Origin: Hydrolagus colliei
Lineage: Eukaryota
Length of the DNA: 64,000 bases
Assembly: GCA_035084275.1 (NCBI GenBank)
Contig: CM068746.1
Location: forward strand, 24,552,001-24,616,000
Direction: 5' to 3'
The position numbers and the translations under genes are program-made. How positions within the stretch are numbered: position 1 is the first letter of the stretch; each line of letters starts with the position of its first letter. Shown one piece after another: positions 1 to 11,512 of the stretch. The notes beneath the pieces are model-generated. The model did not search any database and was not told the origin of the DNA. It saw only the letters and a program-made list of their open reading frames with translations.

Positions 1-11
1 TTGTATTTCAG

Positions 12-166
12 CCTTGGTCCACTGGTTAGCAAAGTGAAGGAATATCAGGTGGAAACAATTGTGGACACCCTGTGTACTAACATGCTGTCGGACAAGGAAC
101 AGTTACGAGATATTTCCAGCATTGGACTGAAAACTGTAATTGGAGAACTACCTCCAGCCTCCAGCG
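12..166 (+). CDS. CAND1: CAND1 (cullin-associated NEDD8-dissociated protein 1) coding exon, equivalent to human exon 3
   Basis: ttcag| acceptor and |gtaag donor; 155 nt; encodes [51 protein letters not shown], recognisable CAND1 HEAT-repeat sequence. Earlier exons lie outside the window. Confidence 0.96.
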
Positions 167-681
167 GTAAGCTATAAGGAATTCTCACCATTTAAAGAAT
201 GGTCTGTTGATAAAATACTGAAGATAGTGCCAAATTACCATCCTTGCAATAGAAATAGAGTTTGAAGCACAAATATTTAATAAAATAATAATCCTTGTAT
301 ATGTTATAACGCCTTATTATATTGTTAAGAAGCCTCAAAGAGCTTCCCAGGATATACTGTAAAGTGTTAAAGTGTGGTGACTATGTTTTGTGGGTGAAAC
401 ACTGGGGTGATATATATCCATTTGGGGATTATTTTTGCGAAGACATTGAATGACATTAAGTGCATTTACAGGCGGTGTGAATATATTTGTCTCATGGTGA
501 AAATTAGTACAGTAGTTTGACTTAGTTGTACAGTATATAGGTGAGTAAGTTAAGTTTATTTTGAACACTTGGCATTTAGCAGTCCTTCTGAACTGAGAAC
601 GTAGTAGCTGTTGTCAAAAGGTTAATTCTCTATTACAAATGTTTTAATTTATTAGCCTCTAAATGGAGATTTTTTTTCTAG

Positions 682-805
682 GATCTGCTTTGGCAGCCAA
701 TGTTTGTAAAAAGATAACAGGACGTCTCACTAGTGCCATAGCCAAACAGGAAGATGTCTCTGTTCAGTTAGAGGCACTGGACATAATGGCAGATATGCTT
801 AGTAG
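682..805 (+). CDS. CAND1: CAND1 coding exon 4
   Basis: ttctag| ... |gtatg; 124 nt; [40 protein letters not shown]; phase matches neighbours. Confidence 0.96.
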
Positions 806-881
806 GTATGTAAGCTAACACATCTTTAGCACAATGCGTTTTAGCGGAGCTCCATTCACTTTAATAGATGCAACCTGCACT

Positions 882-1460
882 CATTTTCTTCTTCCCTCTC
901 TCCCTTTCCCCACTTTCTCTCCCGCCTTTTCCCCTTCCCTCTCGCTTCCCTCTTACCCCCCTTTCTGCCTGATCTTGCCCCCACCCACCTTTCCCTCCCT
1001 CTCTCCCTTACCCCCCCTTTCTCCCTCCATTCTCCCCCCTCTTCCTCCCTGACCTTACCCCACCCCACCTTTCCCTCCCTCTCCCCCCTTACCCTCTTTT
1101 CCCCCTTTCTCCCCTGGCCCCATTTCCGCGACTGTTTGTGGGACACTGCTGTGCGCAATTTGGCTGCCGCGTTTCGCCCACAAATCTACAGTCGGCTTTC
1201 CTGCTCTCCTTCCCCCTACCCCGACCCCTTCCCTTGCCATCTTTCCCCCCTTTTTTCCCTAGTCCCACTTCCATGTTTGTGGGACACTGTTGTTGCAATT
1301 TGGCTGCCACGTTTCGCCCACAAATATACAGTAAATTTTCCTACTCTTCTTCATCCTGCCCCTCCCCTCCCCCCTACTCTTGTCCCTACCTAACTGTACA
1401 GCGCCTTGGGACGTCCTCTCGACGTGAAAGTTTTGATTGATTGATTGATTGATTGATTGA
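882..1460 (+). repeat. Pyrimidine-rich tract with two embedded SINE segments, an L2-type tail and (TTGA)n
   Basis: Almost pure C/T over ~882-1120; tgtttgtgggacactg...cgcccacaaat at ~1133 and ~1275; gcgccttgggacgtcctctcgacgtgaaag at ~1401; (ttga)n 1433-1460. Confidence 0.85.
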
Positions 1461-1806
1461 GCTTTGTGCCCCACATACTGGTAACAGTGATGATGCTGCT
1501 AATAGGTGATAAAGTGTAACATAGCTCATGGTACGTTTAAGCAACTAGCATTTTTGGAGTTCTGTTGATGTTGGGAAATTGCATTCATGGTCAATCAGAC
1601 TATTAAACGATAATTACATTATTGTAATTCTCAGTTAACTACTGCCAATGGAACCCTTCGTTAAATATGGACTTAACATTTGTTGATATGACAGTATTCG
1701 TCTCTATTCCCATTCACAAATATTTTGTAACTTGCTTCCTTTTTAATTTACATGAAAGATGCTACATAACTACAATTTATTATAACTTTGGAATTCTTTT
1801 TATTAG

Positions 1807-2063
1807 GCAAGGAGGTCTGCTGGTTAATTTCCATCCATCTATTCTGAACTGCCTCCTTCCTCAGCTGACCAGTCCACGGCTAGCTGTTCGGAAGAGAACC
1901 ATCATTGCTCTTGGTCACCTTGTCATGAGCTGTGGAAATCTGGTTTTCATTGACCTGATTGAGCATCTATTGACTGAGCTTGCCAAAAATGATTCTATGT
2001 CTACAACACGGACCTATATTCAGTGCATAGCAGCTATTAGTAGACAAGCAGGGCACCGAATAG
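1807..2063 (+). CDS. CAND1: CAND1 coding exon 5
   Basis: attag| ... |gtaaa; 257 nt; QGGLLVNFHPSILNCLLPQLTSPRLAVRKRTIIALGHLV...ISRQAGHRI (inside ORF 1667..2116). Confidence 0.96.
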
Positions 2064-2214
2064 GTAAAACTAAACCTAATTTATTTTCCCTCTTCAAATG
2101 TTTTCCGCTGACTTAAAACATTTAGGATTTCTAAATCTTTTAACTTGTCTGTTTACGTCCTCCCGATGTGAAAGGCGCTCTCTAAATGTAATTTTGTTTG
2201 TGGTTATTGTTCAG

Positions 2215-2320
2215 GGGAATATCTGGAGAAAATCATTCCATTAGTCGTTAAGTTCTGTAGTGTAGAGGATGACGAATTGAGAGAATACTGCATTCAAGCC
2301 TTTGAATCCTTTGTAAGAAG
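2215..2320 (+). CDS. CAND1: CAND1 coding exon 6
   Basis: ttcag| ... |gtaag; 106 nt; EYLEKIIPLVVKFCSVEDDELREYCIQAFESFVR. Confidence 0.95.
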
Positions 2321-2705
2321 GTAAGATACTGTATGTGGATTTCTTGGAATTAAAAAGTATTGCAGACCGAAATGTTGGTTGTAAATAAGTTTTTGTACAA
2401 AAATCTTTCATTCCAGTTTAATACTAATATAGTTAATCTCAAATCCTAAATTAGTGGCAATCGTGTTCTAGAATGTTTCCCTTTGTAGCCAGAGACATTT
2501 GTTTTACTCCAACTACTCATATTAGCTAACTGAGTACTTAGTAGGATAAACCTGCTGGTGTGTAATGTTAAACCGTTGCACTAGGCCTTTGGGATGTGGG
2601 AGGGAAGGGGAAGCCCCAGTGACCATCTATTACGTACCACTCAGTGATGATGTGCTGCTGCACACAAATCTTTGGGATATGTTTACTAGTTTCATAATTT
2701 TGCAG

Positions 2706-2851
2706 GTGTCCAAAAGAAGTCTTTCCTCATGTCACCACTATTATTAACTTGTGCCTGAAGTACTTGACTTATGATCCGAATTACAACTACGATGATGACG
2801 ATGAGGATGAAAGTGCAATGGAATCTGAAGGTGGAGATGATGATGATCAAG
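2706..2851 (+). CDS. CAND1: CAND1 coding exon 7
   Basis: tgcag| ... |gtaga; 146 nt; [48 protein letters not shown]. Confidence 0.95.
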
Positions 2852-3459
2852 GTAGATCATTTTTTTGAATGCCACATTGTGTTTACAACCCGGAATATTT
2901 AAATATTGCACTCACCTAGTGAGTGGGGAGGGGGGGTAACGAACCAAGTTAAGGGAAGAATCGTATTCACAACTGCTTTGACTTCGTATTTGACTAAACA
3001 TTTCTCCCCTCTCCTGAAGATGTGGTGGGTGTATAGTTCCTTCAGTAGTCTGCATACACAACCATAAACTAACTGGTGCACTGGATGAAGGGGGAGGAAG
3101 TGCATTACATCCTGGAACAACAACAAGTTGCATTTATGTAGCACCCCTCACGCAGGTTAGCGTCCCAGAGCGATTGAGAGTGGTGGAGCATGGATATGAG
3201 CCAGGGGGAGGTGACCCTAGGCATGATTGAAAAGGAAGGTCTTCAAGATGCAACCTGAAAATGGGGAAGGGTATGGCAATATTGAGAAATAGAGGAGGAG
3301 TGTTCTAGAGTTTCAGAGCTTAGTGGCTGAAAACGTGTTTCAGTAGGAATAGAAAGTGATCAGAGGAGGCATGCTCTTTCCTCGAGAAATGTGATCTGTT
3401 TGAATTCTAGTCTTAATCGTCTACCCCCCCCTCCCCCCCCATTTATTCCTTGTTTGTAG

Positions 3460-3752
3460 GAAGTGATGATGAGTATAGTGATGACGATGATATGAGCTGG
3501 AAGGTACGACGTGCTGCCGCCAAGTGTTTAGATGGGGTGGTCAGCACTCGGCATGAAATGCTACCAGAGTTTTATAAAACTGTGTCTCCTGCACTGATTG
3601 CCAGATTTAAGGAACGTGAAGAGAATGTTAAAGCAGATGTTTTCCATGCATATCTCTCACTGCTGAAACAGACCAGGCCAGCTCAGAGCTGGCATCTTGA
3701 CCCAGATGCAATGGAACAGGAAGAAACCCCTTTGACCATGCTACAAAACCAA
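3460..3752 (+). CDS. CAND1: CAND1 coding exon 8
   Basis: tgtag| ... |gtaag; 293 nt; SDDEYSDDDDMSWKVRRAAAKCL...LTMLQNQ. Confidence 0.96.
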
Positions 3753-4389
3753 GTAAGTTTGAAAGAGTTTTCACATTACCATTATTAGAACTGATCTTTA
3801 TTATGTTTGATATTAGTTTGTCTATCTTTTGTCACATTTGTATGCTTTACAAAGCATACAAATGGACAGTGTCCTTTTTTTGTATCGGGCTTCTTTTGGA
3901 TCTTTTGAACTGAAGGAATCTGATGAAATAGCTTTGGTTTTAATGCCTAGTTCATATTCCATGCTAAATGCATAATGATAACACTGTATTGTTTGCAAAA
4001 TAGTTTTCTCTTAATCTATCAGCGCCTTGGGATGTCCTCTCGACGTGAAAGGCGCTATATAAATGTAAGTTTTGTTGTTGTTGATCCAATTGAGGGGAAA
4101 GAATAATTTATGAAATATTACCCTCTTGCAAAGCACTATGTATGTAATGTGAATATCCCATGACCAGAAAAGATTTGCATTTTGTGAACCAAATGTGAAT
4201 TTGTTTCCACCTGGCTAACTTCAAGGAACTTGGAAATGTTCCCAACCTAGTGGAACATAAGAAGCTAAGTACCCTGCTGAATGTTTTAGGTTATTTACAG
4301 AATTTTTATTTTAATCTAACTGTAAGGTATAGGGATGATGAATAGAAATTTAACTCTACTCAAATGAATTTTCTTTCAAAAACCAAAAG

Positions 4390-4531
4390 GTTCCCAACAT
4401 TGTAAAAGCTTTGCACAAGCAGATGAAGGAGAAAAGTGTGAAGACCCGCCAATGCTGCTTTCACATGCTGACTGAACTAGTGAATGTGTTGCCTGGGGCT
4501 TTAACGCAGCATGTGCCAGTTCTTGTGCCTG
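4390..4531 (+). CDS. CAND1: CAND1 coding exon 9
   Basis: A-rich acceptor ccaaaag| ... |gtaat; 142 nt; [47 protein letters not shown]. Confidence 0.93.
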
Positions 4532-4934
4532 GTAATTGAAGTAGTTCTTGTTTCCCATTTAGTTTAACTATGTTCTAATCATGCTTTTAAATTTAGCCTG
4601 TATACTTGTTGCTCAATTCGGATACAATTTTGACAGAATATATCTTGTATAATTTTGCAGAAGATAATGTGTAGTTTGTCATGGTAGAGCTTCAAAAATG
4701 AGAAAATTACACTTTTTTGGTCAGTAAACGTGTTAACCCCCTAATCTACCAATATTTACAATCAGTTACATGTTCTTTACTGCCTGAAATTGCCTTTACT
4801 GCATTAATCTTATGGGATAGAATTGCTGTTAGCCAAATAATGTCCACTGGAGATTTAAAAAAAAACATGTTGGCAAAATATAAAGAGATTTTTAAAACTG
4901 AGCCAGTGCGACCAATTCTATTTTTTTCTTCCAG

Positions 4935-6428
4935 GAATAATCTTTTCATTGAATGATAAATCCAGCTCATCCAACCTGAAGATTGATGCACTCTCGTGCT
5001 TGTATGTCATCCTGTGTAATCACTCACCTCAGGTCTTCCATTCTCATGTGGAGGTCTTAGTCTTGCCTGTTGTAGCCTGCGTCGGTGATCAGTTCTACAA
5101 GATCACTTCAGAAGCTCTTCTGGTTACTCAACAGCTTGTAAAAGTAATACGGCCAGTAGATCATCAGTGTTCTTTCGATGCTGCTCCATACATTAAGGAT
5201 TTATTCACTTGCACAGTGAAGCGCTTGAAAGCTGCTGACATTGATCAAGAAGTGAAAGAGAGAGCTATCTCCTGCATGGGGCAAATAATTTGTAATCTTG
5301 GAGACCATTTAGGCAGTGACTTACCAAGCACCCTACAGATTTTCTTGGAAAGACTGAAGAATGAAATTACTAGGCTTACAACAGTGAAAGCTTTGACTTT
5401 AATTGCTGGATCTTCTCTCAAGATTGATCTACGTCCAGTCCTAGGTGAAGGAGTTCCAATCTTGGCCTCTTTTCTGAGAAAGAACCAGCGAGCGCTGAAG
5501 CTAAGCACTCTTTTAGCTTTGGACATTGTGATAAAGAACTACAGTGACAGTTTAACACCTGCCATGATTGAAGCTGTTCTAGTGGAACTCCCACCTCTTA
5601 TTAGTGAAAGCGATATGCATGTATCGCAAATGGCCATAAGCTTTCTTACCACCTTAGCCAAAGTGCATCCATCTTCCCTTTCAAAGGTCAGTGGTTCTAT
5701 TCTCACCGAGCTTATTGGACTAGTACGGTCACCGTTACTTCAAGGGGGAGCCCTCAGTGCAATGCTAGACTTCTTCCAAGCTCTAGTTGGGACTGGAACT
5801 GCAAACCTAGGTTACATGGAATTGTTGCGTATGTTGACCGGTCCTGTTTATTCTCAAAGCAATGCATTGACCCACAAGCAGTCCTATTACTCAATTGCTA
5901 AGTGTGTAGCAGCCCTTACCCGGGCCTGCCCGAAAGAAGGACCTGCTGTAGTTGGACAGTTTATCCAGGATGTGAAGAATTCTAGATCTACTGATTCTAT
6001 TCGACTCCTAGCTTTACTGTCACTTGGAGAGGTTGGACACCATACTGATTTAAGTGGGCAGGCTGAACTTAAATCTGTAATCCTTGAAGCTTTCTCTTCC
6101 CCAAGTGAAGAGGTTAAATCTGCAGCTTCCTATGCCCTTGGAAGCATTAGTGTTGGGAACCTTCCAGAGTATCTGCCTTTTGTTCTGCAAGAAATAAGTA
6201 GCCAACCAAGAAGGCAATACCTCCTCCTTCACTCCTTGAAGGAAATTATTAGCTCTTCCTCAGTTGAAGGCCTCAAACCATACGTAGAAAATATTTGGAC
6301 TTTGCTGTTGAAACATTGTGAATGTGCAGAAGAGGGAACTCGGAATGTTGTTGCCGAATGCCTGGGCAAGCTTACTTTGATAGATCCAGAGACATTGCTA
6401 CCGCGACTTAAGGGGTACTTGGAGTCAG
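4935..6428 (+). CDS. CAND1: CAND1 coding exon 10 (large 1494-nt exon)
   Basis: tccag| ... |gtagg; corresponds to ORF 4949..6520; HEAT repeats including DIDQEVKERAISCMG and CECAEEGTRNVVAECLGKL. Confidence 0.97.
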
Positions 6429-7088
6429 GTAGGTGTTTGCTTATACAAAAACAAAACACAAAATACTACAGATGCTGGGAATCTGAAACCAAAACAAAAG
6501 TTGCTGGTGTTTGCTTATAATGTCTTTATAAAATTTGTCTTGCATCATTCAGTATAAAATCCAGTATGATAAATGAGGTTTTAATAACTTAGTTGGCTTC
6601 TTCTCAAAAATTTAGCGACTGCGGGGGAAATTCCAACACTTCACAGGATTTGCAATTAAACATCTGGCTTAATCACATTGTATTGTAACCAGTTACTGTC
6701 ACTGTTTGGTGGAGAAGTGGGGGTGGGTGGGGTGAAGAGAGGGAAAAGTGTACCAATGATAAGAGAAAGTTAAAGTGAAGATGGGTTAAAAAGAAAAGTT
6801 GTGAACATTGGGGAAATAATCAATAAAATGAAGATTTAAAATTATTGCTCCATCAACAAGGTTTTAATTTTTTAATACAAATTTAAAAGTTTTCTTTTTT
6901 GTTCTTGTTTTGTTGATGGAGCAAGATTCCAAATGGATGACTATAATAGAAGATAACTAACTTAATAACTGAAAGTTAATGGTATGAATATTGGTAATGT
7001 GAATTGGTGAACTTTATTTTGTGTTTTAACAAAGTATGGCTAGTTTTCTTCATACCAGAGAGTGTTTTAATATTCTTGTTATTTGTAG

Positions 7089-7184
7089 GATCTTCCTATG
7101 CTCGAAGTTCTGTGGTTACAGCTGTGAAATTTACCATCTCCGATCACCCACAGCCAATAGACCCACTGTTGAAGAACTGCATTG
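7089..7184 (+). CDS. CAND1: CAND1 coding exon 11
   Basis: tgtag| ... |gtaaa; 96 nt; [31 protein letters not shown]. Confidence 0.95.
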
Positions 7185-7389
7185 GTAAAGTTATTTTTCT
7201 CCCATCGGGATTTTTTTGATATTAAAGGCTGTGAGTAGTTTTTTTTAAAATAGCTTCTAAACTATTATAACATTTACAATGTGTCAGCCTGATTGGTAGC
7301 ACTCTTGCCTCTGACGCAGAGGTTTGTAAGGTACAGGTACTTTCTTTTTTCTGTGCATGCTTCCTGTTCAGAGAACAATGGTAGAGTAC

Positions 7390-8250
7390 CATCTATTCCA
7401 GGATCACTGCTGTACTCACAGACTGCCTGTCTGACTGAGCCAAGTCCTGGATGAGTGCTAACTTCTTGAAGTTAAATGTCAACAAGAGCAAGGCTTTCCT
7501 GCTTGGCTCCCGTCAGCCTCCATACCTCAGGTGCTGACAGAATCTCCTCTGCATGGATGCACTCTACATCTCACGTAACCAATATGGGACTTTGGAGTCC
7601 TGTTCTCAACCCTCAATTATCCTTTCTATTCCACATCCGTAACAGGACCCTCTCTGCCTTTCCCCACCTCCACAACATCACTCAGCTCTGCCACTAATTC
7701 ACACCACAGGCCAACAAACCCCTCATGCACGCATTCATAACATTGCTGCTTGAATAAACAGTCTCTCTGCTTGTCAGCCTCCCCAACTCCTTCCACAGAC
7801 TGCAGATTATCCAGAACTCTGCAACCTGTGTCCTCTACCGCACTAGGCTCCGTGACCTTATCATTCGCCGCCCTTGCCCAACTACTGGCTTCCCATCACA
7901 CAGAGGATACAGTTCAAGATACTGATCCTCACTTTCAAAGTGTTCCTTGGTCTTGCTTCCCCACTAACTCTACGACCTTCTAACATCCTACAACCTCAGT
8001 GTACTCTGGTCTGCTTCACGTCCTTCGCCTTGTCAGCCTCGCCATTGGCAAGGGGGGGGCTTCATCCATTCTGCCCCTGCCCTCTGGAACTCCATCCTGC
8101 ACTCCCTCCACCTTGCCCCCTCTTCGACCGTGGCTTTGGTCACTTTCCTTCCCCCACCCTCCCTGATCCCAACCCCTAGCTTGGGTCCGATACACTGTCC
8201 AGCGGCTGGGGACATTTTCCCAACGTGAAAGATGCTATACAAATGCAACT
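7390..8250 (+). mobile_element. Degraded L2-clade LINE 3' fragment in CAND1 intron 11
   Basis: Frameshifted ORF2 C-terminal motif (WLPITQRIQFKILILTFK) and tail gggacattttcccaacgtgaaagatgctatacaaatgcaa. Confidence 0.8.
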
Positions 8251-8604
8251 TTTACATTGTACTGGAGCAGAAATCAGTTGATTCTGAAGGTATCAAAGTA
8301 AATACACCCTGAAGATGATTAATGTACACTCTGCTTTTGTGCGCCATCTTTTTTGTCAGCCAGGTGTATGGCACACGCAGAAACCTATCACCATGCTTGA
8401 GAATAGAATCCAAACCATGTGTGCATCTTACACATGGAAATTCCTGTGCACACTCTAGAAATTTAGTTAATGTCTAGAAACTTAGGAAATGTCTTGGAAT
8501 ATGTTGTCTGCTTCTCCTCCATCGGAAAATGAGGAGAATTCTCCGATGCTTTGGAGATTTTAAAACTAGGAATAAAACTGTACAAACGAGTGATTTTGTT
8601 TCAG

Positions 8605-8774
8605 GTGATTTCCTGAAAACCTTGGAGGATCCAGATCTCAATGTGAGAAGAGTGGCATTGGTTACTTTCAATTCAGCTGCACACAATAAACCATCACTCA
8701 TCAGGGACCTTTTAGATACTGTTCTTCCGCATCTCTACAATGAAACAAAAGTTCGGAAGGAATTGATAAGAGAG
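8605..8774 (+). CDS. CAND1: CAND1 coding exon 12
   Basis: ttcag| ... |gtctg; 170 nt; [36 protein letters not shown]...RKELIRE. Confidence 0.95.
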
Positions 8775-8891
8775 GTCTGTATGCAAAACATCGTTGTTTC
8801 TAAATGTCCTTGATTTGGCATCTTATTCTACAATCTGCTTTTTTAAATGCAAGTTTCAAGATGTTTCTCGATTCTCTCCTTTGATTATTAG

Positions 8892-9056
8892 GTGGAAATG
8901 GGACCATTTAAGCACACTGTGGATGATGGCTTGGATATCAGGAAAGCAGCTTTTGAATGCATGTATACACTTCTAGACAGCTGTCTTGATAGATTAGACA
9001 TTTTTGAATTCCTAAACCATGTTGAAGATGGACTTAAGGACCATTATGACATTAAG
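8892..9056 (+). CDS. CAND1: CAND1 coding exon 13
   Basis: attag| ... |gtact; 165 nt; [55 protein letters not shown]. Confidence 0.96.
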
Positions 9057-9309
9057 GTACTTTATTGAATGTAGAGCATATCATTTATAAGACGGTTTGG
9101 GTTTGTTTGATCATTTTTTGAAATCAGCATTAGTGAGCATTGGAGTGCCACCTACCCAGTTTGTGTCAAGTTGTGAATATGATTAAGAAAATGTTGACTA
9201 AAAAGAGTGCAAATAGACAACCTTGCTTCCAGTTTGCTGTGTTTCATGTTGCATGTTAAAGCACATGTATTTGATGTAGATGTTGCAATGTTGAACATTT
9301 TATTTGTAT

Positions 9310-9630
9310 TAGGAACATAGGAAAGAATAGGCCATTCAGGCGTTCTGGTCTGTTCTGCCATTCAACTAGATCACGATTGAACTGTGCCTCAACTAATCCA
9401 GTCAATTCTAACTTCCTGCTTTTTCCCCCATATCCCTTGATATTCTGACATACCAAAAATCGTAACAATCTCCTGTGGATGGATCCAACATCCCCAGTCT
9501 TTTGGGGAAATAGTTTCCGATTTCTACCACCCTTTGATTAGAGAGAAAAAAAATGCTCCCTGATTTCACTCTTAAAATGGCCGTGTTTTCATTTTAAGAT
9601 TTTGTCCCCTTTAATTTTAAGACTATGCCC
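9310..9630 (-). mobile_element. CR1-clade LINE 3' fragment
   Basis: Reverse strand reads ...aagggatatgggg...gaatggcctattctttcctatgttcct, the same tail type as 12207-12350. Confidence 0.65.
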
Positions 9631-9747
9631 CCCTCATACTATATTATCTTGACACATGGAAATCCATCACCATGCTAAAGAGTATCCAAATCTGAGAGAG
9701 TACCAAAAATGCCACCTATAAATGGAAATTCCTATGTTGGGAATGGA

Positions 9748-10050
9748 ATATTGTAGCTCAGTGGTTATAGCACTTGCCTTACAAACGTGAGACATGTGTT
9801 CGAATCCAGGCAGGTCAGGGCGAAACTTTGAGCAAGTGTCCTTACTCCACATGCCTGATAAATAATCCCTCCAAAAAAACAATAATAAAATTGTTCAGTT
9901 CAATCCATGACTGTTTGTGGGACATTGCTTTGTGCAATTGGCTGCCGCATTTCACCCACAAATTCACTTTACGGTGAATTCACTTTACAGTACATTCTGT
10001 GAAGCACTTTGAGGCGTCTGGAAGATGTGAAACACGCTATATCAAATGTG
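9748..10050 (+). mobile_element. tRNA-derived SINE, full length
   Basis: Box A tagctcagtgg, box B gttcgaatcc, body tgtttgtgggaca...attggctgccgc, L2-like tail; similar to copies at 16972, 21092, 33898 and 47370. Confidence 0.85.
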
Positions 10051-10304
10051 GAGGTTCACACACTGTTTCCGTAATTCTGGAAAGTATTCGGCTTCGGTTG
10101 TTAAGTCGAGGTTTGGGAATCCCTGAATGTTGTTTGGGTACTGATGGAGTTTGACCAGCTAAAACTGCAAAGCTGCCATTGTGTCAGTTTGGTTCAAATG
10201 GTAGCTATCAAACATTCAACTCACATAATGTAGATTGACAGTCCAGTGCTGGTGGTTGGGGTGGGGGGGTGGGGGGGAGGCAGTGGTCTATTGCATTGTT
10301 GGAA

Positions 10305-10430
10305 CACTCAGATGAGGTGTTAAATCGAGGTCCCCTCTTGCCTATTCAGTTGTATGTTAAAGATCCCATAGTAATATTCGAAAAGTGAATGGAGTTTCTC
10401 CTGTTTTCTGGCCAGCAATTCTCCAAATAA
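10305..10430 (+). mobile_element. DeuSINE-like relic
   Basis: cagatgaggtgttaaatcgaggtcccc...gttaaagatccca...ggagtttctcctg...ggccag resembles my recollection of the Deu-domain of SacSINE1/AmnSINE1; similar text at 44507-44610. Confidence 0.55.
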
Positions 10431-10556
10431 AAGTGGTAATTCTACTTCATCCAATGAAGCGTTCCCCAAAGTTGTAATGTGCGGTAATTAATACAACACT
10501 TCAAAAAAACTTTAACAGTAAATTAATGTCCAAGCTTTCTACCCTGCATTTAACAG

Positions 10557-10664
10557 ATGCTGACCTTCCTGATGTTAGTTCGACTTTCGACCCTTTGTCC
10601 AAGTGCAGTTCTACAACGATTGGACAGGCTGGTGGAACCTTTGCGGGCTACCTGTACAACCAAG
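10557..10664 (+). CDS. CAND1: CAND1 coding exon 14
   Basis: aacag| ... |gtatg; 108 nt; [36 protein letters not shown]. Confidence 0.95.
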
Positions 10665-11287
10665 GTATGCAATTCTGCATTGGCTGTATCTAAGTGCATA
10701 TTTATTGGAAAAAAAGGGCAACCTGGATGTATAACTGCATGCCAATTTCCCAGAGTTTCTGTACACACTTTTTCTAATCTTATTAATATACCAGAATGCT
10801 GCCTGCTTGTACATACCCTTTTGAGAATTGATTTCTGCTGTTGGTATATTGTAAAACTTAATAAATTATATTAACTTGGATTAGGAAATTATGCAATAGC
10901 TTTTAAACATGTCTGAGGTACAGTTTCAGATGGCCATAACACTAACAATAACACTAACTATTAATACTGCTCCAATGACACATTACTTTAAGTGAGAAAT
11001 GTTCCAGTTATGTAGAAAGCCTGAATTACCATCCACTTTTGAAGAAAGTAATAAGCCTTCAGGAAGAAAGGACTTAAATTAATGCATCCATTGGATATTT
11101 TTCAAATAATTACACAACATACATGAAACATGCACAATGATGTTATAATTAAAAAGCCAAATCTGTTGGTTGTCTTGTGTGGTGCTATCCTAAGGAAATA
11201 AAAAGTATTACAGTATAAAAATGCAAAAGAAATTGTAAAATGTAAGATTAAACCAATAGTTTTATTGCAATTTGTGTTCTGTGTCAG

Positions 11288-11512
11288 GTGAAAGCCAACT
11301 CTGTGAAGCAGGAGTTTGAGAAGCAAGATGAACTGAAACGTTCAGCCATGAGGGCAGTTGCAGCACTACTGACCATTCCTGAAGCAGAGAAGAGTCCACT
11401 TATAGGTGAATTCCAATCTCAAATAAGCTCCAACCCTGAATTGGCAGCCATCTTTGAGAGCATCCAAAAGGACTCTTCTTCCGCTAACTTGGAGTCAATG
11501 GACACTACCTGA
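11288..11512 (+). CDS. CAND1: CAND1 terminal coding exon 15
   Basis: gtcag| then [28 protein letters not shown]...ESMDTT and TGA at 11510-11512. Confidence 0.96.
   Translation: MKANSVKQEFEKQDELKRSAMRAVAALLTIPEAEKSPLIGEFQSQISSNPELAAIFESIQKDSSSANLESMDTT

Noticed and set aside
834-1474. Cluster of overlapping 60-100 aa ORFs (Pro/Ser-rich or Gly/Arg/Glu-rich)
   Set aside because: They arise from the stop-poor pyrimidine tract and SINE fragments inside CAND1 intron 4
2640-2705. Intronic C/D-box snoRNA (gtgatga at ~2644); similar C-box-like words at ~1488 and ~4335
   Set aside because: No suitably spaced intronic CTGA D-box with a terminal stem
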